DNA of 64,000 nucleotides from Saccostrea echinata (Eukaryota): NCBI RefSeq assembly GCF_033153115.1, contig NW_026889772.1, positions 5,518,001 to 5,582,000 of the forward strand, read 5' to 3'. Shown piece by piece: positions 36,761 to 50,499 of this stretch (position 1 is its first letter; each line of letters starts with the position of its first letter). The notes under the pieces were generated by a model. It saw only the letters and a program-made list of their open reading frames with translations, ran no database searches and was not told where the DNA came from. The position numbers and the translations under genes were made by a program.

Positions 36761-37950
36761 TGTTTTTTTTAGAATGATTGCTTTTAATAAAATGTTATCT
36801 TCACATGTCATCAATCTTCTTTAGTCTATTACACATGTTACATGAGACACGTGAGATACTAGGCATTCATAAAAAGAGTTCGATACTCTGTGATGCTTTT
36901 GAACTACAATATAGTCAGAAGTTATTACTTCACAGCAACTCTAATTCAAAATTAACATTAAAAAAACTATATTCCAGTTTTTCACTAACTTACTAGAGTT
37001 TGATATACTGCCATTTATCAGTAAATACACAAAGTTGATAATCTACATTTGACTTATAAATTATTCAATTTTCCAATAAGGAGCCAGACTCGACTTATTT
37101 GGGTCAGTGAAGCCTGGATTAGTTGATTAAAGCCACTGAATGAAATGTCAGTGAATTAGATTAATATTCAGAATTTCTCCGAATCATTCAATGAATTAAG
37201 ATTTTTACAGAAAAAAACCCAGTTCACTTTTTTTTCAGTTATTAATGTAAATTTTCTATGATATAATCCTCCTTTATTTAATTTGATCTGCTCGCTATTG
37301 TTTATTCAATTATTTTGAGTATATTCGTTTTGATTATAATAGTAAAATTCAAAGTGAAATTAGAATTATTTTTAACAATTAATCTATCCTTAGTTTACTC
37401 AAGTCATTGTTTGGTTAGAAAATTGAGATATATCATGTAATTTTGTGATATTATCGTTTAATGACTAACCACATGGTCTACTTTAACAAACCCTGCCTAG
37501 AGATGTCAGATTGATTCGAATTCTACACCTATATGCACTCTTCAATACCAATTCATGACTTTACGAGAGAAGACTAGACAATATATATTATTTTTCTGCG
37601 GGGAGATACGTCATCACCATGGATGTTCTGGGTCTCATATCCGTCATTTTGCGGTAACCGTAAATCATTAATTTTTTCTATTAGCATGAATTTGAATTCA
37701 ATGAGAAGAATGAAACATAGGTGACTATTAAAAGAGCAAACCAGAAACAGAGCAAATGCAAATCATTTCTTAGGCATGACTATAACAGTCAATCATACAG
37801 TCCTAAGCCATTGATGTTTCTAATTAGTTTATATATAATGTTGATAGGTTACGACATCAGTTTTTAAACCGACCCTACCGTCAAGAAGAAAGGACTACAA
37901 AAAGAAATTTTAGGTCGACAGGCAAGAATCAAGGAGACGAACGATAAAAA

Positions 37951-40900
37951 ATGTCCTTTCGGTGTGTTTGTTTACTGCTTTTGGTCGTATGTGATGTAAT
38001 AGATGCACAGCTGGATTGCAGCATAATTTTACATGGGACATATGACTACATCGTCGGTAAGTCTTAAGCACTGTATGGTTTTATTTGCAGAGATATAGCC
38101 ACTACGCAGAGAAAATATAATGCCAAATGTATTCAGCAACTCCTTTCGTTCGTTTGTGTGCAAATAAGCAACATTTATTAGTTTGAATTCCAGTGAATAT
38201 GCCTGTATATAATTTAATTCACGGCAACCAATTTCCTCTTCATTGTCCCGAAGCTTTATTTAACGAAATGTTTTTAGAAAAAAATCTTTAAACAGTGTTT
38301 TTGTAAAACCTACGCACACTTTGATGTTCAATCAAAATACATGTAGCTAAAGGGAAATGTGTTTGACGTTTTAATATCAATAAATATTAATTGATAAGAT
38401 TTGGGGAAAAATTATACAGTTCTGTTATATGATCAAATAAATAAGATAAATATTCTAAATTAATGTTTAAAAACTAACTGTACTTGTTTCCTGTATTGAC
38501 TTTTGTCGAAATAAAACTGGTCTCTCTCTGAACAAATTTTTTTGTTACTATAATTTTAATCAAATATCTACCTTCGAAGCTGACAACTGAGTTAAATTCA
38601 AATTGTTTCCATAAATTTTCCTGTAATTTATTATATTTATGATTGAGTCTTTATTGATCATTTAATAAATTGAAGAAAATAACATTAATTGTATTATCTC
38701 TTCAAATGGACTTCATTTCTTTTAGTGATTTGTTTAAAGCAGGTTAAATCATACATGTATAAATATTGTAACTGACAGTTCTTTTCAATTACTGGAGACA
38801 CTACATTGAGGAGAATTAATCATAGTAAATCGATCAATCAAAGTGACAGGAAATTCATAGGATCTGATTTAGGATATCTGTGAGTTGATTCAGTATAAAT
38901 GAATCTACATATGACATTAATCTTAAAAACGATAAGAATTGTATATGCCATTATTTAATTAGTCTTGTCAGAATATCACCATTTAATTAATGAGATTTAT
39001 CTTCAAAGGTGACATTTCTGCCACTGTGTTGTTATCTTGGGCAAACAAAGTTTCATTAGTAACTCTTAATTGTCTACTTGTTTGTTCCAAAACAGTAAAT
39101 TATTTCACTTCTTTTAGAATAACCTTATTAATTACATCTCTGGAGTCTGAAGTGAGTGCAAATATGTTCCATGTATTCAGCAAACGCCAATTGATACAAA
39201 ACTATCATCGGCTATTTCGACTGTAAAGCGACTAGAACTATCCTAAATGAAACTCATGTATAATAATATATTGACAACGATAATGGTGTATGATTAGAAT
39301 AAAATGTAAAAAAAAAAAAATAATAATAAAAAAGGGGGGGGGGGACTATACAAAAGTTTCTTGGTAAAAATTCTGTATTATTTGATCTGACGTTTATACT
39401 TTCGAAAAAGAGTTTCTCTTTCTTCTTTGTTTGGGGGTGTTCTCGAGTCTTTTACAAAATAACTACCACAAAATGTAAAATCAATTAGAGAAAATTAACA
39501 ATAGTTAACTGGTATAATTACAACATGCATGTATAATTTTGAAAAAATGAATTGCAAATATTAGCTTTTTTACTGTCTATTTTTAAGAAATATTCTTTGT
39601 TCGTGTACTAATTTAGTAGGAAATCGTTTTAGTTGTAATAATTAATTTTAACAAGGATGCCTTTGTTTTTGAGGTTAACAATAAAATTGCAATTTATATA
39701 CATTGTCACTTAATTATAAAACAAGTCATATTTCAAAACCAAATGCAAATTTAAGAAAGAAGTATGCAATCCAAAACAGCAAAGGGTCAGTCACAAATTA
39801 CATGGAGTCGGATGTATTAAACAATGGTAACAATTGTAAAATATTAAATTTATTTTCTTACAAAGGGATTTTGAAGACTTAAAAGGCCATTTTATTTCCG
39901 ATCTGCTTCGCAGTACAGTTAAGGTGCGCAATGGAAATATCGGCATTTTTTGTGATTAAAAAGATATTCTTAATCTGGATGGCGATTCTTTTCAGTACTT
40001 TATTGATTTCCGACAAATGTAATTATTATTAATAACTACATATTGAAGACGATAAGATTTTATATTTAGACTTGTCACGTGATGCGGCAGTCACGTGATA
40101 TAACACATATACTGGCAATATTGAGGTCACCTATAAATTTCACTAGTGCAAGGGCATAATCAAGTTAAAATTCTAAATTTAGAGTATAAATATTTTCAAC
40201 ACATATCGAAGTTTCTGAAAAGTGCTGCGATCCTCTATAGATTCTGCTATTTCATTGTTAAAATCATATTTATATGACCGCATTCTGTATTTTTTGCTGG
40301 TCAACGGCATTAAATATAGATATAATTAATTCATTTTCAAGATTTCATCAGGATCGCAGCACTTTTCAGAAACCTTAATGCTTCTAGAGTTTATATGTAA
40401 AAGCTTACTGTGATCCATTGAATGTATGCCCTTGCACTAGATCGATTTATTAAGACCCTTACATTACCCTCCGATGTACTTGCATACAAATATACGGTAG
40501 TATCAATTAAATAGGAAATATACGGAATATATATAAATAAAATCATAAAAAAGACATCGCATCCAAGTTAATGGCCTCTTAAATATCTTTAAATAATATT
40601 TTATTTAATTATAGGATACATTTTCGGTGTTAAAATATCTCTTGATCCGCCTCTCACTGCATACAAACTGCGTCAGGTTTTACGAAATGACGTCACATCG
40701 ACAAGTGCATCGCGATCAGTGACTTGTTTATACCTTGCTATGTGGAATTTAACTAAAGACAAAACAGCATGTTATAGTAAGTTTAGATTTAGATTGATGG
40801 TTTCCTATAGTTAAAAATAGCAAATCATTTCATTTTCTAGTATTTTTAAGAATTGTTGGTTTTGTATGATGTCATAGTTAACTTTTCCCGTACAAATTAG

Positions 40901-43900
40901 GCTCCGCCCCCTTTTTGTAGCCTTAACTGTGCTGCGTTTTAAAAACGTTTCAGAACTCCCACCTTTACCTCTCCGAGTGACTTTATTTTACCCTCATGAT
41001 AAAGTAATTAATTCAATTCATTGTTTTATTTATCAAATTTTTTCACAAATCGACGAGCACTAAAAGCAATTAATTTAATGAACATCATTATGTGCCAATG
41101 AGTTGCACATGGAATAACTCTTCTGAAAAACCACAATTCAGTATTCGCCGATAGAAACTGATTCATGATGACGACTTTTCCTGTCATATTCCCGGATACG
41201 GTAGATTTCATGCTGGACAAATTTAAGATAAATGGATGATTGAAATTCAAGTTATTTAAGAAACTACACGACGCCCTTGATTTTTCCCTAAATAGTTAAA
41301 TATGCTTGTCAGATCATTGCATGAGCCAGATAATTGAGAGGCATTCTATTCTAAATATTGTTTGTATTAAAAAATAAATAACCCTATTTTATTCCTTTAT
41401 TAATTATATAATTAGAAATATTTACTACTTTGAAAAAAAAAATCATATAACCTACCTACCAAGTTTGATATATAAGAAAAATAGCATATTGGACTAAATA
41501 AACTTACAATTTTACAAGAAAACAATTGGTATCTTGATTGGAACTTCTTNNNNNNNNNNNNNNNNNNNNNNNNNNNNNNNNNNNNNNNNNNNNNNNNNNN
41601 NNNNNNNNNNNNNNNNNNNNNNNNNNNNNNNNNNNNNNNNNNNNNNNNNNNNNNNNNNNNNNNNNNNNNNNNNNNNNNNNNNNNNNNNNNNNNNNNNNNN
41701 NAGTTTTGTAATTTACAATGTGTTTATAAATTTTTGTCTTATCGAAACGGGTGATTTTTGGTAAATGGAACTTTAATGACATGATTATTGCAAATATACC
41801 ATGCTATAAAGATACATACAAAATGAGGTTAATCAAAACATAAATCCTAATTTTATGTGTTCTCTCCTAATAATGATATGTTGCATGTATGATTTGTTTG
41901 AAATTTAAAATCACAAATAAGATCGCGCGCATATTTTGTGGTGTTCGTCACTATTTACGGCAGATGACGACACAATGTGATTAAAAAAGATGAAAAAAAA
42001 AACATGACCAGGTAGCAAAGTCTGTAAGGTTATTAATGCAGTTTCTTCTTCTGTAAAGACCGCTTACGATAAAATTATATGTGGTTGAATTAATTTTATT
42101 CAATCTCCAATTTAATTGATTTTTTCCTTACGAAAAGCACACAATATAAAATGACAATATAATATACCTGTGAAAGAGTTCAGGAAACGAACATCATTCA
42201 ATGAATGTCTCTTGTAATCAGACTGTCTAATTCTGTAGTGGGCGGTGGAACATCCGGGTCAGTTATTGCCTCTAGATTGTCAGAGGATCCAGACATCCGG
42301 GTCCTTTTATTGGAGGCTGGAAAAGCGGATGACGAAACATTTGAAAGTCACGTGATCGACACCCCAGGTCTTTCCAACAGCCTCGTCGGAAGCAGTGTAG
42401 ACTGGAAATACGAGACAGAACCTCAACAGCATTGTTGCGATGGCGTCAAAGACAAGGTATATCCCACGAAGACCTAAATTATGGCCTCACATAAAGTACA
42501 GTAAATGCAGTAAACGTATAATTGGTCAAATTCACATTTTTGTTATAACTAAAAAGATGTGCTTTTTATCCACACTTGTTTTCATAAATATCTTCATTGA
42601 GGAAATGGTAAAGAAAACAAGACAAGATTAAGATGTATTTGGTTTAAAAAAACAATAAAGCAAATCTTTAATGTGAGAATACGGGTTAGTGAAATAGATA
42701 TTTTACTTAATAACAGATTTTTCTTCACAGAAAGTCAGGTTATCACGTGGAATGGTTTTAGGAGGTACATCAGCGATTGATTCAATGGGACACATCAGAG
42801 GAAGTGAGCACGTTTTCGACGAATGGGAGCAGTCGGGAGCAGAGGGCTGGAACTTCACTGGTGTAAAAGATTTCTACAAGATGGCAGAGGATGTGAACAT
42901 TAAACGCGTTCCACTGACAAGTTTGTATAAACTATATAAAATCTTAAATATATTTTAACTTTATGGGTCTATAAAGATGCACGTCATTGTACTGTCCAAA
43001 CAGAGTAATATTCATATGACTTTCAGCTCACAGAGGACAATGTGGGCCTGTACACGTTATGGAACAAAAAGATGACTCCTTGAGGTATTCTATGTTTAAA
43101 GCTGGAACGACAGAAATGGGCTGGCCAGTGGTGGAGTGCAATATTGGAGAGAACATTGGTAACTTCTATTAACGTGCTTTGTGATTTTTAATCATCTTAG
43201 AGGTTGTCAAACAAGTATTAAAAAGAATCAAATATCTGAAAGGAGATGGGCGAGCATAGCGTGCAGAAAGCCTATAGCTTCAGATATATCAAAATCATGT
43301 TCAGTTTGTGAATTTAGTATTAAGAGTAAAGTTCTCATTATTGAAATTTATGAAATTATGATAAACAAAACTTTTCTGAGGAAAATTTTCTCGGCAAAAT
43401 TTATTCTTTTATTTAAAAAATTAATGTGGTGTTCGTTGGGTTCGAACCCTAGCAATAAAAATCCTAAGTATCATTTTCTTTCGAGACTATCACGCTAACC
43501 AACTAGACTACACAAGTCCTGATGAAGAGTGGCATTTAAATCATGTTTGTGATATGACCCTTGACTTAATGGACTTCAAGTATTTCTCGAAAAGATGCGA
43601 ATGTTATGTCATAAAAGTATATTTTTAAGGTATAGTGGGTCATTGTTCCATATTTTTGGTAATCAAAAAATGTATATTTTTATGCAAACTTTGAGGAATA
43701 ACTTTCAAAAAGGTGGAGCGAAGACCCACTCATATCGAAAAATAGTGTTCTAGTATGAGAAAATGACCCTTTTTGTCCGCTTTAGTGTGTGTCTAAAATT
43801 TCACAGGCAAATAATTTCAATCTTTGAGGGATTCTTGCAAATTGTAGAGATTTTACATAAAGCATATTTTAGTATTAGACGACATGTCAAAGAAAATTTT

Positions 43901-46900
43901 GATATAATTAAAATTTATTTTTTCATCTTCATGTTTGTCACACTGTAGGTTTATCGCTCGTCATGTTCACCCATCTCCTTTAAGTATTTTCCACTTGAAC
44001 TATAACAGTCTCATCATTTTGTCATTTAGGTCTTTGTCGGAGCCAGCTAACAATAAAGCATGGGAATCGTATCAGTTCTGCAAAAGCTTATCTTAACCCC
44101 GTGAAAAAAAGGGTTAACTTAGATATCCAAACAGAGGCAAAAGTTGTAAAGGTTTGTTATCGATTCTGGAAGCATTATATTTGTATGTGTGTCCCTTGTT
44201 TTAGAAATGTCATTCATAGAATATTGATTCCATTTCCCTTCCAGATCTTAATTGATGAGTATGATCTCCGAGCAACTGGAGTGATATTTGTCTACAAAGG
44301 AAAGGATTACACCATCAAAGTGCGACATGACGTTATTCTGGCCGCTGGTCCCATAGAAACACCTAAACTATTAATGCTTTCTGGCATAGGAAAACCAGAT
44401 CATTTGTCTGCCCTGAATGTAAGTTGTAACAAAGTCATTAGGAGAGGAAAGAGAAAACCAAAGAATCCTGATTAGAATAATATTAATAAAAATGAGTTCT
44501 ATGAGAGACTCTATGAAAATGAGGATAGTTTGAATATTCTATTCCAGATAACTGTTTTAGAGGATTTACCCATTGGAAATAATTTACAAGATGGTTACGT
44601 AGTGCCTCTACGGTTGTACGTTAACCTCCCAACATATCGACCGGACAAACCCATGGAAAACGTACAGAGATGGAGAGATTACATCTATCTTAGACGAGGT
44701 ATGTAGAATGTAAGGTATGCAAGTGGAAGGTTTCCCAATAAACATGCAAAGTCCATCGGTAAATAAAATTAAAAAAAATCGGTCATCGAACTTCTGGCAA
44801 CTTTTTAATGAACTAATTGCTCCATTTACACTTTTATTCGTCTCGCTTATAAATGCATTTTGTTTTTTTAAAGGTGAATTAGCAGATGGACTCCTTGATG
44901 CACATTATTTTTTGAGAACGTTACCAAGCAAACCAACACGATATCCAGACATTACAATATCTGTTGTCAACATGTTGCCAGATAATGACCACTCACTATT
45001 AATGAAGATGAACGTGGGAAAACATGTATGTACACGTGTAATCGTGAACTCGATAGTTTTACTTATTTATCTTCATCTAGGGGCTCTCAGATCTTTATTT
45101 GGATGTGTATGATTTCAGTTGAGAGACACTTGGTATAAACAAGGAAGAGGGAAGAATGGTGTCTTGTTGGAACTAACTTTAATGCATGCTAAAAGTCGTG
45201 GAACAGTCCGACTTAGAAGTGCTGACCCCAACGACCCACCAATCATAGACCCCAACTACCTAGCAGAGTCTGAAGATGTGGAGGATCTACGAAAAGGTAA
45301 AGAGTAGAGGGTGGTTAACAAGGATTCAAAATATCCAATTCTCAAATTGAACTACAAAAACTTTCTTTTTATTGTTGTTGAAGAGAGCTTCTTTGTTGCT
45401 TTGCAGGTATTGAATTCATTCAAAGGCTTGCCAAAACTGGCGCATTCAAAGCAGTGAATTCGGAGTTAGAGGAGAAATTTGCAGAATGCGGAAATCACCC
45501 AGCCAACTCTCAGGCTTTCTGGAGGTGTTATATTCGATATTTAGGATACAGTTCAAACGAACTTGTGGGGACTGCACGAATGGGTAGACTAGAAGACAAT
45601 ACTACAGTGGTAGACAGTTCTTTACGGTGTGTACATGTATATTGTCATATTTTGAATAGTTCTTAAGTGCAGATTCAATAACATTTCCAAAATATATTAA
45701 CGAGATATACCTTTTCCTAAATAAGATGAGTATTTTATTTTGTATTTTATTTTCTAAATCTGACTTTTAGAAAGTGCCTTAAGTGTGAATATAATTTCTT
45801 TGCCGGTGCATCTTTTTCAGATGACAAGTGCAAATGGTTAAGTAAAATGTGAAAATGTTGACATTGTATTTTTTGGCAGAGTAAAGGGAATAAAGGGTTT
45901 GAGAGTAGCAGATGCATCGATAATGCCACAGAGTACAGGAACAACTCGAGCGTCGGTGATCATGATTGGAGAGAAAGCTGCAGATATTATTAAGAGAGAT
46001 TTCAAAGAGTCTAAGGAAAACATCTATAAGCCCCATGCATTTATAAAAGCAAGTAAAACAGCAGAAATGAAAAATTTAGATCCACTTACATCAAGCATTT
46101 ATGACACAAAACAATCTCTTGTCAAACTTGAGAACACGAAACCTCTAGATCCAGTGACATCTCCACTGAACACGGCATCAGAGACTGATCTGTTGAGTAT
46201 GTTTGAACAACTAGTAATGGATCCCATTACAGATCCAAGCCCACCTCTAGGAACCGAAGCAGGAAACCTGGGCATTGGTACTCATTTAGCCTCGGGGATC
46301 TTAGATAAATCTGGTCGCCTTTCGGAGAATGCTTTATTACAGATTGTAGGAGCTTCATCGGGATCCACAAAATCGACAGCAGGTGAAATATCTGCTTTGG
46401 CAAGCACTCAAAATGCTGCTGATCAACCAGCGGATAAACCAAGTGCGACGGCTAATTTCGTCAAGGCCGCAAGAAATACTATCAAACAGGCAAAGAGTCC
46501 ACACATTAAGGATTCTGCAAGTCCAGATATTTTCTCAGAAATCCAGAATCTTTCTCTAGATTTGCAAACTACTTCAAAAAACAATAAACCATCTCTTTCA
46601 CCTAAGGTTAATACGTTGAGTATTGAGAGATCCAAGATTCCAGCAACTACCAGAAAAAATCCTGAAAATTCTAAAGCAGAAGCAACAAAACAAAAACCAG
46701 TTAAGAAAAATGGGAATTCAATAGTTAAACAGAAATCCGCTCAGTCACATCCAAAAGTAAAACACCGTATAATTGATATGCATTCAATAATGAAAGGGCA
46801 GTCTGCTCCTAGTTCAGTAAAAAGAGTTATTGATATGCATTCCCTTTTAAATAGTAAACCGACTGTCTCTGTAGATGCTACAAATCCTCAGTTACCGCTT

Positions 46901-47146
46901 ACCCTTGATGGTGTCCTTAAAGCAAATAGTGAAATAAAACGTCCACTGTCTGCTTCCCTTCAGAGAAGTCGTGTGTCTACTGAAGGCACCGAATCTTTAT
47001 TTGACAATCATAGAGAAGTGTTCCCTAGCAGGGAGCCGGATGTTCGAGGTTTTGGAAGCAGTGCTGGTTCACTAATACCTAATACTTTACACACGAGAAG
47101 ATCAAATCGCAGGCGAAATGCATTAACAGGAAGTGTCTTTCCATGA
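37951..47146 (+). CDS. Secreted GMC oxidoreductase (glucose/choline dehydrogenase-like) with long low-complexity C-terminal extension
   Basis: 11 exons: 37951-38056 (signal peptide + YDYIV), 42239-42456 (VGGGTSGSVIASRLSE..VLLLEAG), 42731-42920 (RGMVLGGTSAI), 43027-43158, 44030-44151, 44245-44418 (VILAAGPIETPKLLMLSGIG), 44548-44698 (GNNLQD), 44874-45025, 45119-45296 (SRGTVRL..PIIDPNYL), 45407-45626 (GTARMG..VVD), 45880-47146 (GLRVADASIMP..IMIGEKAAD). All GT-AG, phases consistent. Confidence 0.93.
40143..40440. mobile_element. Fold-back (long inverted repeat) MITE remnant in GMC intron 1
   Basis: CTAGTGCAAGGGCATA / TATGCCCTTGCACTAG and inner TTTCTGAAAAGTGCTGCGATCCT / AGGATCGCAGCACTTTTCAGAAA. 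Confidence 0.7.
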
Positions 47147-47292
47147 AAAAGTAAACTTTATAACTAAAACAGACTCTTTAACTAAAGGGAGATTATTTAT
47201 TTGGTGTACAGGATGACAGAAATAATAAATCAATTTTATTGGTGAAAGATATGTGTAACAGCTGTTTCAGACATCTTTTCTGTTTGGTCGGT

Positions 47293-48973
47293 TTAATATT
47301 CGTATAAACATTCATATAAACCTGAAAAGTAGAAAAAAAAAAGTCTTTTATCTATGCATAATGTTGCCACAATTTCAATCATAATGAATTCCATTGATCA
47401 CGAATGCTCTATCTTCAAAGACAATTACAAAACATGAGTCTTTGACATCAGGTGTGTGATTGAACTAATTAATTAGTTGTTGTGTTAATGTCAAATAGGA
47501 CTTACCAATCTTTTGGTTTTTGTACAGTTGTGCATTTTCTTTGATTTGTTTACATAATTTACAACAGTGCTTTCTGTAATCGTCACAAAACAACTCGGGT
47601 TGGTTCGTGTAAAGACATTTCTGCCTCCAAGAGCAGTGCTCGTATTGTCCAAAGTCATCACACTCCTCACCTTGACCTGAAATATATCCACAATGATATG
47701 TATTGGTAAGAAATCGTAAACACCAAATACAAATATGTAATAGGATGAAGAAATAAATTCAAGTATTTGTCCAGCAAAATATGTAAAGGTTAGTAAAAGA
47801 TAAGAGACCATACTCAGTTAAACCCTGCAGTTATGCCCTACATGATACACATGTATGAACATGTCCATTAGGATGTGTGACAGACTAACTATAAGTGAAA
47901 ATAGATACCAGACAAGAACATATATGCTATATGAGCTGCTATGTAACCGTATGAAAAGAGACACAAATATATCCAGCATATATGCCAAGGTTAGGAAAGA
48001 TAGACACAAAACACAAATATGTTAGGCATGATATGTAATAGCTAGAGAAGGACACTAGACACAATCATGTCAAAAACGTGACGGTATGTAAGAATACACC
48101 TCAGAAAGATAAATATTCAACATGGCATGTAGATTTTGAAAAAAAATATATATATATACATACGAAAATATAATGGATTGATAAGAGAAATACCAGGCTA
48201 AAAATATACATGTATCAAGCCTATAATGTTTCTGTAAGAAGAAAATATATACCTTTAGTTACAAATTTATAGCTACATTAATTGTAAGGGTTATCAAAAA
48301 TATACACCATACATTAAGATATCTGGCATAAAATGGTACGGTTAGTATAAATGAAAGCTAAAAAAATATTCTGTATAGCATGTCACATATACAAAATATA
48401 ACAGTTGGTGAGGAAACGGTAGATTATGCAGCATAATCATTTAGTCTCTCGTGTTAAATCGTTCATCATTTCCAGTGCTTACATATTTTTTTCATTTTTA
48501 TGCAGTCACAACAAATTGCAATAAATTAAACTAATTCGTCTTTAAAACTCTTATTGTCGAAAGTATTCTCTGCTAACTATGATTTTAAAAAATATTATGA
48601 TTTAGAGCTTAACGAAAAATGTTGATGGGTACAAATTGATGGGGATTCTTATAACCATGTATGCCTTTCTTATATGTAGAATGTCTTTAATGTATGGCTC
48701 TATTGACTGTGTTTTTTGTGTATAAGTTTATGTATAGCTGTTTTATATTATCAGTATTTGAATTGTAAATTAAATGAATAAATAATTCAAAAAATTGTCT
48801 ATGATGACCAAAGAGAGAGATTGAGAGAGAGAGAGAGAGAGAAAGATGATTATGATGATGATGGTGATGTTTTACATTAGCCTCTCTTAGATATTAGGTG
48901 AGAGAGAAAGAAAGAGAGAGATGGAGTGAGAAGGGGAAATGATGTTTGCATTAGCTTCTTTTAAACATTAGGA

Positions 48974-49025
<52 letters not shown>

Positions 49026-49095
49026 ACTTCTACTCACCAGATATGATCGTCATAAAAAGTACACACATGATGACAGGAAAATACAGACGAGGCAT
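47293..49095 (-). CDS. Uncharacterised 85-aa secreted cysteine-rich peptide (8 Cys in mature part, PLAC-like CCxxC)
   Basis: Exons 49095-49038 (MPRLYFPVIMCVLFMTIIS), 47676-47506 and 47321-47293; both introns phase 1 with strong GTGAGT/GTAAGT donors and tttcAG acceptors. Probable non-coding exon ends at 49398 (acceptor at 49131). Confidence 0.8.
48812..49017. repeat. (GA)n and (GAT)n microsatellite cluster
   Basis: Three GA runs separated by a duplicated GATGTTT..CATTAGC spacer. Confidence 0.9.
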
Positions 49096-50499
49096 TTTCC
49101 ACACTTGTTGATTAGAAAGGATCAGAACAACTGTGAAATACTGTACAAAGGGATGGGATTATTCTTTGCCCTTGGACTCTTTATTTTGTTCACAGCTGGA
49201 CGTTTTATATTATCTAAAAAATAAATAAATAACGTTTATTATTGTCGTGTTATCCATCACATACTAGAGCATAGCCATGTACCATATTACATTTCATAAC
49301 ATTCGAAAGATTTATGAATTTGTTTTGTTTGAAACACATGTACAGTATCTCAGTAACTTTATAGATATCAAACAAATGTAATGAAAAACTTAATTACCTG
49401 ATCTCAGGTATCAGGGATCTCTGAGGACTCTGTTTACAGTTCTATTTTGATACTAGCATTTTGAACGTCTTAATTAGCGGTCGACTGAACATCGGTTTTC
49501 CTGTTTTAATAAGGTTCAGCATGGAACATCAAAAAATAAAATAAATTATTACATACATATGAATGATATATTTAAAAAAGAGAGATATAATTTCTTAAAA
49601 GATTTTCAAAATGATTAAAGCTGCTTAAATGAATTTGGGACTAAGGAGTAATTGTAGGTTAAGATAGGCCGTGTACATAAAAAATCTAACGTAAGATTCA
49701 GAACTGGTTACTCATCTCAATACATGTAGCCCATCATAATATTCATAATAAATAAATAAATAAATACAAATACAAAAATGGACGATTCTAAAGATCAAAA
49801 TGTATATATGCATAAATATTTAAAACCATTAACATTCAAAAAATTCAAAAATATTTTTCAAACATTATGTTTAAGGCTCTTTTAGAAAATATTATATGAG
49901 GAACTGTAAAATTATGTGAAAAGTAATTGTATTCACCGTCAGCTATTTGACCAATGATTCATCATTTATTACTAGTTACGATTTTATTGTTGAAGCTTGT
50001 TTTCTTAATTCTTGTGAATGTACATTAAACATTGTTTACAGGATTTTTCACAAACGAATTCAAACTCTAGTACTAATGAAAGATGTATTTTGTGTATGGT
50101 AGGCACAATCTTTACAATGTGCAACCATCTCATTAGTATCGACAATACACACATCCTATAGCAACTCTTCCAAATGAGTTGTCTTGCTACTATTCCACTG
50201 GATGTAAATGGGCATCTTCAGAGATAGGTAAAATATGATTTTTTTAATGTTAATTTTGTTTAACTTAAAGATTGGGGAAAGACCTTCTGCACATTTAAAG
50301 TACATAGTTTTATGACTAAATATTCGTATCTTTTGAACAATTGTTTGAAGTTCAGTTTTTGAAGGGTTACATCACAACCAACTCGCTATAGGTTGCATAC
50401 CTAACTGGTGAAAACTTTTGTTTCAGTGTCAATACTGATAGAAAGTTTATTATTTGAGTTCCATCTCTGAAAACTCATAAAATAATATTTCCTTTTTCA

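Noticed and set aside
47491-47811. 106-aa ORF in the track
   Set aside because: It overlaps the real exon in the wrong frame; splice phases and the cysteine pattern support the other frame.
453-49095. BAX, CAP, LITAF, GMC and the peptide as a functional immune/apoptosis gene cluster
   Set aside because: Adjacency in an animal genome is not evidence of co-function; no shared regulatory signal is visible.
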